Of a stretch of 64,000 nt of DNA, positions 18,623 to 28,821 are shown piece after piece. Location: assembly GCA_934130595.1 (NCBI GenBank), contig CAKOYF010000002.1, positions 49,989-113,988 on the forward strand. The letters run 5' to 3'. This DNA comes from an uncultured Clostridia bacterium (GTDB taxonomy: Bacteria > Bacillota > Clostridia > TANB77 > CAG-465). The notes beneath the pieces were generated by a model, which saw only the letters and a list, made by a program, of their open reading frames with translations, did not search any database and was not told the origin of the DNA. Within the stretch, counting starts at the first letter, position 1. The number at the start of each line of letters is the position of its first letter. The translations under genes and the position numbers were made by a program.

Positions 18623-18639
18623 GAAAGGAAGTGAGTCAT

Positions 18640-19644
18640 ATGCAAAGTAGTGTCTATAGAAAAGTAGAAGGTGAATATAGTATAAAGAGGCAGCATGCTC
18701 AAAGTGATGCCAAAATATACAAGAAAAATGTGTATGACGAAAATCCTAAGCTTTCAGAGATTGAAGATGAAATAAATAAAGTATCTTTAAAATCTATTAA
18801 GGCAAGAATATTTTCAGATGATCTAAGCAGACAAATAGAACAAGATAAACTTACATTACAACTAGATAGATTAAGTAAAGAATATGATGAGCAACTAGAA
18901 AAATTAGGACTAACAAGAAAAGATTTTGAACCTAAATATGAGTGTGATAAATGTAAAGATACAGGATATATTGGAAATAAAATATGTAGTTGCTTTAAAC
19001 AAGCACTAATTAATGAAGCATATAAACAATCTAATATATTTAAGATCAAAGATGAAAATTTTGAGACTTTTGATTTTGGATATTATTCATCAACAAATGA
19101 TAAACAAAAATATGGTATTGAAAAATCACCACTTGAAAATATTGATGCAATAAGAAAATTAGCATACAATTTTTCACACAATTTAGATGATCCTGCACAA
19201 AAAAACTTACTTTTTACAGGAAGTACAGGACTTGGAAAGACATTCTTAGCAAATTGTGTTGCAGCAGAAGCAATAAAACAAGGTGAATCTGTAATTTATC
19301 AGACAGCTCCAATATTATTAGATAAAATGGTAGATTACAAGTTTAAATTTAATAAAACAGAAGCTGAAAGAGAAGAATATGAAAAGATTTTTGATGTGGA
19401 TTTGCTTATTCTTGATGATTTAGGAACAGAAGCAATGAACGGTGCAAAATTTAGTGAATTATTTAATATACTTAATACAAGACTTTTAAAAAATAAAAAA
19501 ATTCTTATATCAACAAATTTGACTCCACAAGAAATAAAACGCGAATATGAAGAGAGAATTTTCTCTAGATTCGTTGGAGATTTTATAATATGCAGATTTG
19601 TAGGTGAAGATATTAGAATATTAAAGAAGAAATTGGCAAGATAA
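18640..19644 (+). CDS. dnaI: DnaI/DnaC-like helicase loader AAA+ ATPase
   Basis: Zinc module CDKCKDTGYIGNKICSC, Walker A GSTGLGKTF, Walker B LLILDDLGTE. Confidence 0.8.
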   Translation: MQSSVYRKVEGEYSIKRQHAQSDAKIYKKNVYDENPKLSEIEDEINKVSLKSIKARIFSDDLSRQIEQDKLTLQLDRLSKEYDEQLEKLGLTRKDFEPKYECDKCKDTGYIGNKICSCFKQALINEAYKQSNIFKIKDENFETFDFGYYSSTNDKQKYGIEKSPLENIDAIRKLAYNFSHNLDDPAQKNLLFTGSTGLGKTFLANCVAAEAIKQGESVIYQTAPILLDKMVDYKFKFNKTEAEREEYEKIFDVDLLILDDLGTEAMNGAKFSELFNILNTRLLKNKKILISTNLTPQEIKREYEERIFSRFVGDFIICRFVGEDIRILKKKLAR

Positions 19645-19734
19645 TGTATTTTGCCAATTTTTCTTTTTTGTGATATAATTCGTTAGCTTGCTTAATATAT
19701 AAACTCGAATAATAATTTATAGGAGGGATAAAGT

Positions 19735-20538
19735 ATGAGCAAATTTAAATTTTATGTCTTGGGAAATTTTTCACCTAATATAAGAACTTTTGGCAAATGT
19801 AGGTGTACTTGCTATTTTCTAAAAGGATTTAGCAAAAGTATATTTTTAGATTTTGGTGCAGGTGTGTTTAAAAAGTTTTATGAATTATTAAAAAAGAAAG
19901 AAATTGATTTAGAAAATATAATCATAATAATATCGCATAACCATGTGGATCATAATTTTGCAATTTTATCGCTGGGAGCATTTTTAAAAGCATATAATTT
20001 TAAAAATAAATCATCAGTAAAAATAGATATTTATTTACCACAAAAGAGTATAATGTTTAAAATAATATCAACATTTAAATCAGTATTTAATATTCATATA
20101 CTAAATGAGAATACTAATATTATAATAGAAAAAGCAAATATTAGCTTTTGCAAGACTATTCATAAAGGTGAATCGTATGCTACTAAAATTCAAATAGAAG
20201 ATAATATATTTGTGTACACTTCGGATATTGCAAAATATTCTAAAAGTTTAGAAGAATTTGTTAAAAATAGCAATGCAGTTTTAATAGATGCAGGATATCC
20301 TAAAAAATTACTAAATTCTTTTAAAAACTATCATGGAAGAACAAAGCAAATACTTGGTGAAACATCGAAATTAGGAATAGGAGTTATATATGCAACACAT
20401 ATTAGATTCTTTTCTAAAAAGGAAGATTATATTGAAAATTTTCCAAAGGGACAGACTACATATCTTGTTAAAATTAATAATGAATATGATATGTTTCCCA
20501 AAAAAATAAAAGAATACATTTTAACTATAAGAAAATAA
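19735..20538 (+). CDS. MBL-fold metallo-hydrolase
   Basis: HNHVDH (HxHxDH) motif, later conserved His/Asp (TIHKG, LIDAGY, THI). Confidence 0.65.
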   Translation: MSKFKFYVLGNFSPNIRTFGKCRCTCYFLKGFSKSIFLDFGAGVFKKFYELLKKKEIDLENIIIIISHNHVDHNFAILSLGAFLKAYNFKNKSSVKIDIYLPQKSIMFKIISTFKSVFNIHILNENTNIIIEKANISFCKTIHKGESYATKIQIEDNIFVYTSDIAKYSKSLEEFVKNSNAVLIDAGYPKKLLNSFKNYHGRTKQILGETSKLGIGVIYATHIRFFSKKEDYIENFPKGQTTYLVKINNEYDMFPKKIKEYILTIRK

Positions 20539-20557
20539 TTAAAATGTATTCTTTTTT

Positions 20558-21487
20558 TTAATAATTGAACTCTTCACGTTTTCTTTCTATCTTTAATAAC
20601 TGTTCGTATAATTTTTCTTCACGCTCTGAAATATCTTCAGGTAAGTCTATATGAATTTTTAAGTTTAAATCTCCTCTTGTTCCATCTTCAGATGTATAAC
20701 CTTTGTTTGGAACAGTAACTATTTCACCGTCTTTTAAACGCTTTGGTAAAGAAACAAAAAGCTTTTCATCCATAACTTGTAGTTTGTACTTTCCACCTAA
20801 AGCAGCTACTGCTGGAGTTATATTAATTTCTTTTATAAAATCTTTTCCAGATAATTTTAAATCGTTATCTTCAAGAAGTTTTACATGGATAATTAAATCT
20901 CCATTTTTTCCACCATTTTTTCCTGGATTACCAAGGGCAGCAAGTCTAATTTTATCTCCGTTTTTTATTCCTACTGGAACTTTTACTGAGAAAGTCTTCA
21001 TACCAGTTTTATATGCTTTTATTGCAATCTTTTTCTCGGCTCCGAAAAATCCTTCCTCTAAAGTTACATCTAGATGTGTAACAATATCTGTTCCTTTAAT
21101 AGGTTTTTGTTTCTTATCTACAGAATCTATATCATTATCAGAATCTTGTGATGAAGAATCTTTTCTAAATCCTAGTATTTGATTTAAAATATCGTTAAAG
21201 ACATTAGCGCCAGATTTAAATTCATATTTTACATCTTGAAGCCCAGACTCAATATTAGCAAATCCATATCCGTATTTTGCAACTTGTCTATCATATTTTC
21301 TTCTTTTTTCAGCATCCATTAATACTGCATAAGCTTCATTAATATCTTTAAATTTATCTTCAGCACCAGGCTCTTTATTTTTATCTGGATGATATTCTTT
21401 AGCGAGTCTTCTGAAATTTAATTTTATATCTTGATCAGAACTTTTTCTGTTTACTTCTAATATTGCGTAATAGTTTTTGTATTTCAT
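20558..21487 (-). CDS. cbpA: DnaJ-class co-chaperone lacking the zinc-finger domain (CbpA-like)
   Basis: J-domain (YYAILEV...YHPDKN), Gly-poor linker, two DnaJ C-terminal beta domains, no CxxCxGxG repeats. Confidence 0.8.
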   Translation of the reverse strand: MKYKNYYAILEVNRKSSDQDIKLNFRRLAKEYHPDKNKEPGAEDKFKDINEAYAVLMDAEKRRKYDRQVAKYGYGFANIESGLQDVKYEFKSGANVFNDILNQILGFRKDSSSQDSDNDIDSVDKKQKPIKGTDIVTHLDVTLEEGFFGAEKKIAIKAYKTGMKTFSVKVPVGIKNGDKIRLAALGNPGKNGGKNGDLIIHVKLLEDNDLKLSGKDFIKEINITPAVAALGGKYKLQVMDEKLFVSLPKRLKDGEIVTVPNKGYTSEDGTRGDLNLKIHIDLPEDISEREEKLYEQLLKIERKREEFNY

Positions 21488-21563
21488 ATAGTACCCCTTT
21501 AAAAACCAACATTTTACTGATTTTTATTATATCATATTTAATGCAAAATTCAAGGATATTAAC

Positions 21564-21592
21564 TTGCTTTTTTATATTTTTTTTAGTATAAT
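21564..21592 (+). promoter_or_regulatory. Sigma-A promoter of gyrA
   Basis: TTGCTT (21564-21569), 17-nt spacer, TATAAT (21587-21592). Confidence 0.55.
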
Positions 21593-21627
21593 AAGGGAGT
21601 AAAAACACAGATGGAGGTATGAATATA

Positions 21628-24099
21628 ATGGACATTAATGATGAAAACTTTTTATCGGCGCAAAAAATTGTACCTGTAAAAATCGAAGATGAAATGAAAA
21701 AATCATATATAGACTATGCCATGAGTGTTATAGTTGCCCGTGCCTTACCAGATGTTAGAGATGGTTTGAAACCTGTTCATAGAAGAATTTTATATACAAT
21801 GTATGAAGACAGTCTATGGCCAGAAAAAGCATACAGAAAATGTGCTAATATTGTTGGTAGTGCTATGGGTAGATATCACCCACATGGTGATGCAGCTATA
21901 TATGATGCGTTAGTTCGTTTATCACAAAACTTTTCACTAAGATATCCTTTGGTTGATGGACATGGAAACTTTGGTTCTATGGATAATGATCCACCAGCCG
22001 CAATGAGATACACAGAAGCAAAACTTGAAAAGATTGCTTTAGAAATGTTAGGTGACTTGGATAAGGAAACAGTAGACTTTATGCCAAACTATGATGACAG
22101 ATTAAAAGAACCTACTGTATTACCTGCTAAATTACCATATTTGTTAATAAACGGTGCTTATGGTATAGCTGTTGGTATGGCATCTAATATTCCACCACAC
22201 AACTTAAGTGAAGTTGTTGATGGAACTATTGCTCAATTAGACAATCCAGATATTACTAATGAGGAATTGATGGCATATATTAAAGGACCAGATTTTCCTA
22301 CAGCTGGAATTATAGTTGGAAAAGAAGGCATAAAAGATGCATATACTACAGGTCGTGGAAAAGTTTGCTTAAGAGCAAAAGCTGAAATAGAAGAAGATAA
22401 TCGTGGTAGATTTAGAATAATAGTTACAGAGATACCATATCAAGTAAATAAAGCAGCTTTAGTAGAAAATATTGCAAAATTAGTACAAGCTAAAACACTT
22501 GAAGGAATTTCAGATTTAAGAGATGAAACAGATAGAGAATCTGGAATGAACTGTTCTGTACGTATAGTTATCGAGTTAAAGAGGGATGCTAATCCTAATG
22601 TTGTTCTAAATCAATTATATAAACATACTCAATTACAAAATACACAAAGTATGTTAATGCTTGCAATTGTAAATGGAGTACCTAGAGTTTTAACTCTAAG
22701 AGAAATTTTAGCTGAATATATAAAACACAGAGAAAATGTTGTTGTAAGAAGAACAAAATTTGATCTAGCTAAAGCAGAAGCAAGAATACACATATTAGAG
22801 GGATTAAGAATAGCTATAGATAATATTGATGAAGTTATTCATGTAATAAGAAATTCTTATGATAATGCATTACAAAACTTGATGGAAAGATTTGGTCTTA
22901 CAGAGATACAAGCACAAGCAATTTTGGACATGCAATTAAGAAGATTACAAGGATTACAAAGAGATAAAATTGAAGAAGAATATAATCAATTATTAGCATT
23001 AGCAAAACACTTAAGAGAAATTCTTGCATCAGAACAATTAGTAAAAGATATAATCAAACAAGAACTTATTGAATTAAAAGAAAAATTCGGTGATGAAAGA
23101 AAAACTCAAATAACTCATGGAGCAGGAGATATAGACATTGAATCTTTAATAAAAGAAGAAAATAATGTTGTAACTCTAACTCATTTTGGATATATTAAGA
23201 GAGTTGCAGCAGATGTTTATAGAAGCCAAAAACGTGGTGGAAAAGGTCTTACTGCAATGAATACTCGTGAGGAAGATTTTGTTGAACATCTTTTTGTTAC
23301 TTCAACACATAACAGTTTAATGTTCTTTACAAATACTGGTAAAGTATTCAGATTAAAGACATATGAATTACCAGAAGCTAGCAGAACTGCTAAAGGAACT
23401 GCAATTGTTAATTTATTACAATTAGCTCAAGGTGAAAAAGTTACTGCTGTTATGCCAGTTACAGACTTTAATGACGATTCATTATATGTACTTATGGCAA
23501 CAAGTAACGGATTAATTAAGAAAACAAAATTATCTGAGTATTCAAATATAAGAAAAACAGGAATACAAGCTATTACTCTTAAAGAAGATGATGAATTAAT
23601 AGATGTAAGATTAACTGATGGTAACAATGATATTATAATGGTTACAAAAGAAGGATTGTCTATTAGATTCAAGGAAGAAGAAGTTAGAGCTGTAGGTAGA
23701 ACATCTATGGGTGTTAAAGGTATAGCTTTAGGAAAAGAAGATAAAGTAGTTGGTATGGAACCAATTAAAGAAGATAATGGTTACGTTTTAGCAATTACTG
23801 AAAATGGATTCGGAAAGAGAACAGAGCTAGAAGAGTACAGATGCCAAGGAAGAGCTGGTAAAGGTGTACTTACATATAAGATAACATCTAAAACTGGAAA
23901 TATTGTTGGTGTTAAACTTGTTAATGACCATGACGAAGTTATGCTAATAACTGATACTGGTGTAATAATAAGATTAAATGTTGACGATATAAGTATTCTT
24001 GGTAGAAATACACAAGGTGTAACTCTAATGAGAACTTCAGATGGTGGAAAAGTAATAAACATTGCTAAAGTTCCAAATGAAGAAGAAACAGAAGAATAA
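21628..24099 (+). CDS. gyrA: DNA gyrase subunit A
   Basis: SVIVARALPDVRDGLKPVHRRILY, catalytic AAMRYTEAKL, GyrA box QKRGGKG, beta-pinwheel C-terminal domain. The ATG at 21628 has better RBS spacing than the one at 21619. Confidence 0.95.
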   Translation: MDINDENFLSAQKIVPVKIEDEMKKSYIDYAMSVIVARALPDVRDGLKPVHRRILYTMYEDSLWPEKAYRKCANIVGSAMGRYHPHGDAAIYDALVRLSQNFSLRYPLVDGHGNFGSMDNDPPAAMRYTEAKLEKIALEMLGDLDKETVDFMPNYDDRLKEPTVLPAKLPYLLINGAYGIAVGMASNIPPHNLSEVVDGTIAQLDNPDITNEELMAYIKGPDFPTAGIIVGKEGIKDAYTTGRGKVCLRAKAEIEEDNRGRFRIIVTEIPYQVNKAALVENIAKLVQAKTLEGISDLRDETDRESGMNCSVRIVIELKRDANPNVVLNQLYKHTQLQNTQSMLMLAIVNGVPRVLTLREILAEYIKHRENVVVRRTKFDLAKAEARIHILEGLRIAIDNIDEVIHVIRNSYDNALQNLMERFGLTEIQAQAILDMQLRRLQGLQRDKIEEEYNQLLALAKHLREILASEQLVKDIIKQELIELKEKFGDERKTQITHGAGDIDIESLIKEENNVVTLTHFGYIKRVAADVYRSQKRGGKGLTAMNTREEDFVEHLFVTSTHNSLMFFTNTGKVFRLKTYELPEASRTAKGTAIVNLLQLAQGEKVTAVMPVTDFNDDSLYVLMATSNGLIKKTKLSEYSNIRKTGIQAITLKEDDELIDVRLTDGNNDIIMVTKEGLSIRFKEEEVRAVGRTSMGVKGIALGKEDKVVGMEPIKEDNGYVLAITENGFGKRTELEEYRCQGRAGKGVLTYKITSKTGNIVGVKLVNDHDEVMLITDTGVIIRLNVDDISILGRNTQGVTLMRTSDGGKVINIAKVPNEEETEE

Positions 24100-24110
24100 T
24101 AGTATAGAAT

Positions 24111-24147
24111 AATAAGGTAGGCGATAAGCTTACCTTATTTTTTTCTT
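24111..24147 (+). terminator. Rho-independent terminator after gyrA
   Basis: aataaggtaggc / gcttaccttatt hairpin followed by a T7 run. Confidence 0.75.
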
Positions 24148-24279
24148 GTAATTGTAGTGTAAGTATGATATAATAATTATTATGTAACTTGATTTGGATG
24201 TTTATTACTAAATAGTGGAAAATGCAAATATAACTGACTCAAATAAGTTATAATATAAAATAGAAAAGGAGGATTTGAT

Positions 24280-25458
24280 ATGTTTGAATTAAATTCTAAA
24301 AACATAAAGAAAATTCTAATTATAATAACATACACTATATTATTGTGTTTTGCTTGTGTTAAATTCAACCTTGTTTTAAAAGGATTAGGATACATTTTAA
24401 ATCTATTAAAACCATTTTTATTTGGATTTTGTATTGCCTTTATTCTTAATATACCATTAAGTAAAATAGAAACAATGATGACTAAAAATAAAGGAAAAAA
24501 GAAAAATAAAAAAGGCAAAGAAAATATAAAAACACAACAAGAAACTACTCAACCTAGTAAAAAAACTAGAACAATTTCTTTAGTTTTGTCACTAGCTATA
24601 GTTTTAGGAATAATATTTTTAACATTATTTTTAGTTATTCCAGAGTTTATAAATACTATAAGTATGTTTAAAGATAGCATACCAACCGCTTTTAATAATT
24701 CTAAGGAATGGCTGGAAGAAGTTATGAGAAATAATCCAAACTTCATAGAGAAAATAAAAAGCTTTAAACCAGATTGGCAACAATTAGATCAAAATGTAAC
24801 TGATTGGATAAAAGGTGCAGCAACAGGAATTATAGGAGTATCTGTAGATTTTGTTATAGGATTCTTTTCTGGCGTTATAAATTTCTTTATGGGATTTGTT
24901 TTTGCAGTATATATGCTTATGCAAAAAGAAAAATTAGTAATGCAATTTAAAAAGCTATTAAAAGCATATATACCAGAAGAAAAATGTAAAAAGTTATTTT
25001 ATGTTGGAAGAATAACTAATGATACTTTTAAAAAATTCTTTGGAGGTCAATTTATAGAAGCAATTCTTTTAGGAGTGTTATGCTTTATAGGAATGCTAAT
25101 ATTTAAGATGCCATATGCTTTAACAATTTCTGTACTTGTTGGAGTAACAGCACTTATACCTTTCTTTGGAGCATTTTTTGGAACTATAATTGGTGCAATA
25201 TTGATACTTGCAGTAAATCCAACTCAAGCTGTTTGGTTTGTGATTTATATAATAGTACTTCAACAAATTGATGGAAACTTATTTTATCCAAAGATAGTTG
25301 GAGATTCGGTTGGACTACTAGGTATTTGGGTAATGCTTGCTGTTATTGTTGGAGGAAACAGTCTAGGAATAATAGGAATGCTTATTGGTGTACCAGTAGC
25401 TTCAGTAATTTATAAGTTAATTAAAGAATATGTAAATAATAAGAAAATAGAAGAATAA
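24280..25458 (+). CDS. AI-2E family transporter (PerM/YhhT-like, UPF0118)
   Basis: Multi-TM protein with the family-typical C-terminal half (ALIPFFGAFFGTIIGAI...LQQIDGNLFYPKIVGDSVGL). Confidence 0.82.
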   Translation: MFELNSKNIKKILIIITYTILLCFACVKFNLVLKGLGYILNLLKPFLFGFCIAFILNIPLSKIETMMTKNKGKKKNKKGKENIKTQQETTQPSKKTRTISLVLSLAIVLGIIFLTLFLVIPEFINTISMFKDSIPTAFNNSKEWLEEVMRNNPNFIEKIKSFKPDWQQLDQNVTDWIKGAATGIIGVSVDFVIGFFSGVINFFMGFVFAVYMLMQKEKLVMQFKKLLKAYIPEEKCKKLFYVGRITNDTFKKFFGGQFIEAILLGVLCFIGMLIFKMPYALTISVLVGVTALIPFFGAFFGTIIGAILILAVNPTQAVWFVIYIIVLQQIDGNLFYPKIVGDSVGLLGIWVMLAVIVGGNSLGIIGMLIGVPVASVIYKLIKEYVNNKKIEE

Positions 25459-25500
25459 AGGAATTTTCAATCCTTTATTCTTTATTTTTTTTGTATTATG

Positions 25501-25509
25501 TGTTATAAT
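25501..25509 (+). promoter_or_regulatory. Extended -10 promoter (TGtTATAAT) of rnpB
   Basis: TGTTATAAT lies 7 nt upstream of the predicted P1 5' end. Confidence 0.5.
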
Positions 25510-25515
25510 AATTAT

Positions 25516-25846
25516 GTTTTAGTATTCCAAATGATCGCTTGCTTTTGCAAGAGGAAAGTCCGGACACTATAGAGCAGGGTGCTAGATAACGTCTAGTGGA
25601 AGTGATTCTAAGGAAAGTGCAACAGAAAATTACCGCTATGTAAATAGTAAGGGTGAAAACGCGAGGTAAGAGCTCACGAGCAACTATGGAGACTTAGTTG
25701 CGGTGTAAACCCCACCTAGTGCAACGCCAGAATAAAACGTTAAGGTTGCTCGCTAAGTTTTGAGTTGGCGGCTTGAAATATATAGCAATATATATTCTAG
25801 ATAAATGATCATTAAATACAGAATCCGGCTTACGGAATGCTAAAAC
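25516..25846 (+). ncRNA. rnpB: RNase P RNA (bacterial, presumably Firmicute type B)
   Basis: Universal GAGGAAAGTCCGG (25551-25563) and ACAGAATCCGGCTTA near the 3' end. P1 helix gttttagtattcc (25516-25528) / ggaatgctaaaac (25834-25846). Confidence 0.9.
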
Positions 25847-25857
25847 ACCACAAATAT

Positions 25858-25907
25858 CCTATATAAAGTAAAGATTAAATTTTACTTTATATAGGAACTT
25901 TTTTTAT
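25858..25907 (+). terminator. Rho-independent terminator after rnpB
   Basis: Perfect 15-bp stem cctatataaagtaaa (25858-25872) / tttactttatatagg (25881-25895), then a T-run. Confidence 0.8.
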
Positions 25908-25996
25908 ACTTAAATTGACATATTTACAATATAGTGGTATTATATTAGGCAACATAATAAATTATAGCTCATATTTAATAAAAAGGAGGGATAATT

Positions 25997-27278
25997 ATGA
26001 ATAAAAAATTTAATGGATTTAGGTGCTCAATTTGTAAACGTCCAATTTACCGGGAATACAAAAATCTTAATGTTAAAGGAAGGATTGATATGTCCAAGTT
26101 GTCAAAGTGAACTTAATTTGTACTATATTAATGAACTTTTTAGAATGTCTGATGCTTTAGAAGAAATGGCAGATGAATATTATGGAATAGAAGAAGTAGA
26201 AGACTATTGCAATAAAATTGACGAAAAAGTTAACAACAAAGTAGTTGAAAATCCAAAAAAAGTAAATAACTCAACTACAATAAATGTATATGATATATAC
26301 AAAAAAGTAACTAAAAATGTTATAGGACAAAATAAACAAATAAAAAATATATTATCTATTTTAGTAAAAAATGGTCTTACAAATAATCCACATTTTAAAA
26401 GTAATATATTTTTGATTGGTGGAACTGGAAATGGAAAATCTGAGACAATTAAGCAAATTGCCAAATTATTAGATAAACCATACGTCATAGAAGATGCTTC
26501 AAAATATACTCAAGAAGGATATGTTGGAGATAGTGTAGAAAACGCTTGTGCCAAGTTAATATCTGAAGCAAATGGAGATATATTAAAAGCAGAACATGGA
26601 ATAATTATATTTGACGAAATAGATAAGAAAACAGATAACGGAGACAGAAGTGGAGTTTCTACAACTAGTGTTCAAGATAGTCTATTAAAGATGCTTGAAG
26701 GAGTTAAAGTGCAGACATCTCAAGGTAGTATAAATACAGAGTTAATTACTTTTGTTTTAATTGGTGCGTGCGAAAATGCGTACAAAGAAAGAGAAAAAAG
26801 ACTAAAAGGAAAAGGAACAATTGGATTTTCAAAAGAAGAAGAAAAACAAATAAAAGATGAAATGAAAAATCCAAATTTCATTCCACAAGATCTAATTAAT
26901 GCTGGATTTAAAAGTGAGTTTATTGGTAGAATAGATGCAATTGTAGAATTTAACAAAATGGATGAAAAAATAGCCACTAAGATAATTAATGAATCAGAAA
27001 TATCTATATTTAATATGTTTATAAAAGAACTAAAAAATATAAATGTAGATGTAGTTATGGATAGAGAAAAAATAGTCCAAGAAATTTCTAGAAGAGCAAT
27101 CCAATTAAATACTGGAGCTAGAGGAATTAGACAAATAGTAGTAGAAATGTTTGAAAACATTTATGCAGATTTAATTGTAAGCAACTTAAATACAAGGCAA
27201 AAATACGAATGTCATATATATAAAGAAACTGTATATGATAATACTAAGTTTAAACTTGTAAAAGTTAAACAAGTATAA
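25997..27278 (+). CDS. ClpX-family AAA+ unfoldase paralogue; N-terminal zinc ribbon interrupted by an apparent +1 frameshift
   Basis: Walker A GGTGNGKSE, pore loop GYVGD, Walker B IIIFDEIDK, IGF loop (GTIGFSKEE), GARGIRQ. The strong RBS GGAGGG serves the ATG at 25997 (frame A, CSIC). The long ORF is in the +1 frame (CPSC onward). Span is 1282 nt, i.e. 3n+1. Confidence 0.8.
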
Positions 27279-27283
27279 AAAGC

Positions 27284-27320
27284 AAAAAAACTTGAAAATT
27301 ATTTTTTTCAAGTTTTTTTT
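27284..27320. terminator. Bidirectional terminator between the clpX-like and glycosyltransferase genes
   Basis: aaaaaaacttgaaaa / ttttcaagttttttt hairpin with flanking A/T runs. Confidence 0.7.
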
Positions 27321-27339
27321 ATTTATTATTTATTAGCTA

Positions 27340-28821
27340 TTATTCATGTATAGTATTTTTAGCATCTTTGTTTTCTAAAGAAATATTTATTAGTTGATTA
27401 CTAACTTTTAATTCACATTTACCAAGATCTGTTGAATAAGATTGATTTACTAAAATTCCTTCGTCACCATAAATGTTTTTTAATTGTAGTGGTACTTTAG
27501 TATTATTTACAGATAAGGCAATATAGTATGTCCTTTCTTTTTCTATAGGAATTTCACCTGTAACAAAGTATGTTCTACCTACTATAGTATCGAAGAATCT
27601 TTTTTGTAAAAAGATGTTTGCAGTCTCTTCAATTTTCATCTCAGCAGCAATTTGTTGATTATCTTGATATAAACAAAGTATTCTAAAGTTTTCGGCTAAT
27701 ATATCGTTAAAATAACCATTAATAACAAGTTTATTATTAGCTATTTTTAATGAACTTATTTGAAAACTATAGCTTGCTATATTTTCTATAATTCTTCCTT
27801 TAATACAGATGTTATTTTTACTATCCATATAAATTATTTTCTTTATATCATAATCTCTGCTTTTAAACATCAACATCATAGCTAGCATGTAATAGCTACT
27901 GTAGTTATATGAGATTATAATGTCGTCATCAACGTAAGATAAAATCTCTTCACAAATCTTATAAAAACTATTCAATTTGTTTTTGCTTATAAAATTTGGA
28001 GTATCTAGTCTTTTTACAATATTATATATGAAAATATATTGTAGAAATTCAGGAACTTTTTTAAACTTCTTTTTAGATTCTTTTAGTAGTCCTTTATAAA
28101 CAAATTCTAAAGTATCAACTAACCAATCTTCTGCATATTCGTTTGTATTTGTTATAGAATTATTTGAAAATCTTTTTCTATAATAATATACTGCATCTGT
28201 TGGTGAAATAAATCCAAATTTAGGATTTCTTAAATATAAAGTTGTGTTAAAGTATAAATCTTCAGCTAATTTTAAATTAGTATTGAATTTATTTGTTTCG
28301 AAAATTTCAGCTCTATAAAAAGAAGCTGCAGAAGAAAATACATAATCTTGAGGTGATTCTTCTAAATCTATAACTTTAGATTTATTACCGAATTTTATGT
28401 ATCTGTGGTAAAGACCTTGTTGGCGTTCTATACATTCAATAGGTAAAGTTACCATATCTATCTCACTGTGCTTTGAGAAAAAGTTATATACTTTTTCTAA
28501 TGCATTTTCATGTAGTAAATCGTCTGAATCTAGAAAATTAAAAAATTTACCACTAGCTATTTTTATTCCTGCATTTCTTGCAGAAGAAGCTCCACCGTTA
28601 GTTTTATATATGTATTTTATATTTTGTGGATATTTTTTTACGTATTCTTTGCATATAACTGCTGAGTTATCTGTTGAACCATCATCTACTAGAATTATTT
28701 CAGTTGTTTGTAAGAAGCCAATTGATTGATTAATAACTGATTCTATAGTTTCTTCTAGGTATTTTTCAACATTATACACAGCAATTATTATTGAAAATTT
28801 CATTTCATTCATATCTTTCAC
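27340..28821 (-). CDS. Family-2 glycosyltransferase with a ~250-aa C-terminal extension
   Basis: FSIIIAVYNVEKYLEETIESVINQS...VDDGSTDNS...DSDD GT-A motifs. The exact start (28821, 28812 or 28803) is uncertain. Confidence 0.8.
   Translation of the reverse strand: MKDMNEMKFSIIIAVYNVEKYLEETIESVINQSIGFLQTTEIILVDDGSTDNSAVICKEYVKKYPQNIKYIYKTNGGASSARNAGIKIASGKFFNFLDSDDLLHENALEKVYNFFSKHSEIDMVTLPIECIERQQGLYHRYIKFGNKSKVIDLEESPQDYVFSSAASFYRAEIFETNKFNTNLKLAEDLYFNTTLYLRNPKFGFISPTDAVYYYRKRFSNNSITNTNEYAEDWLVDTLEFVYKGLLKESKKKFKKVPEFLQYIFIYNIVKRLDTPNFISKNKLNSFYKICEEILSYVDDDIIISYNYSSYYMLAMMLMFKSRDYDIKKIIYMDSKNNICIKGRIIENIASYSFQISSLKIANNKLVINGYFNDILAENFRILCLYQDNQQIAAEMKIEETANIFLQKRFFDTIVGRTYFVTGEIPIEKERTYYIALSVNNTKVPLQLKNIYGDEGILVNQSYSTDLGKCELKVSNQLINISLENKDAKNTIHE

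Noticed and set aside
13088-19644. The idea that the tRNA operon marks an integrated phage or ICE, given unusual genes on both sides and a DnaD-like/DnaC-like replication module.
   Set aside because: There is no integrase, recombinase, direct repeat of a tRNA 3' end, or phage structural gene. DnaD-like plus DnaI-like pairs are the normal chromosomal helicase-loading genes in Clostridia. Composition looks host-like.
20703-21182. A 159-aa plus-strand ORF antisense to the CbpA-like gene. Similar antisense ORFs occur at 26720-27160, 11346-11708, 11836-12228, 16877-17269, 23427-24062, 45673-45972 and 53884-54219.
   Set aside because: Each lies wholly inside a well-supported gene on the other strand. 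All lack RBSs and have Ser/Phe/Ile/Leu-dominated composition, so they are treated as non-coding shadows.
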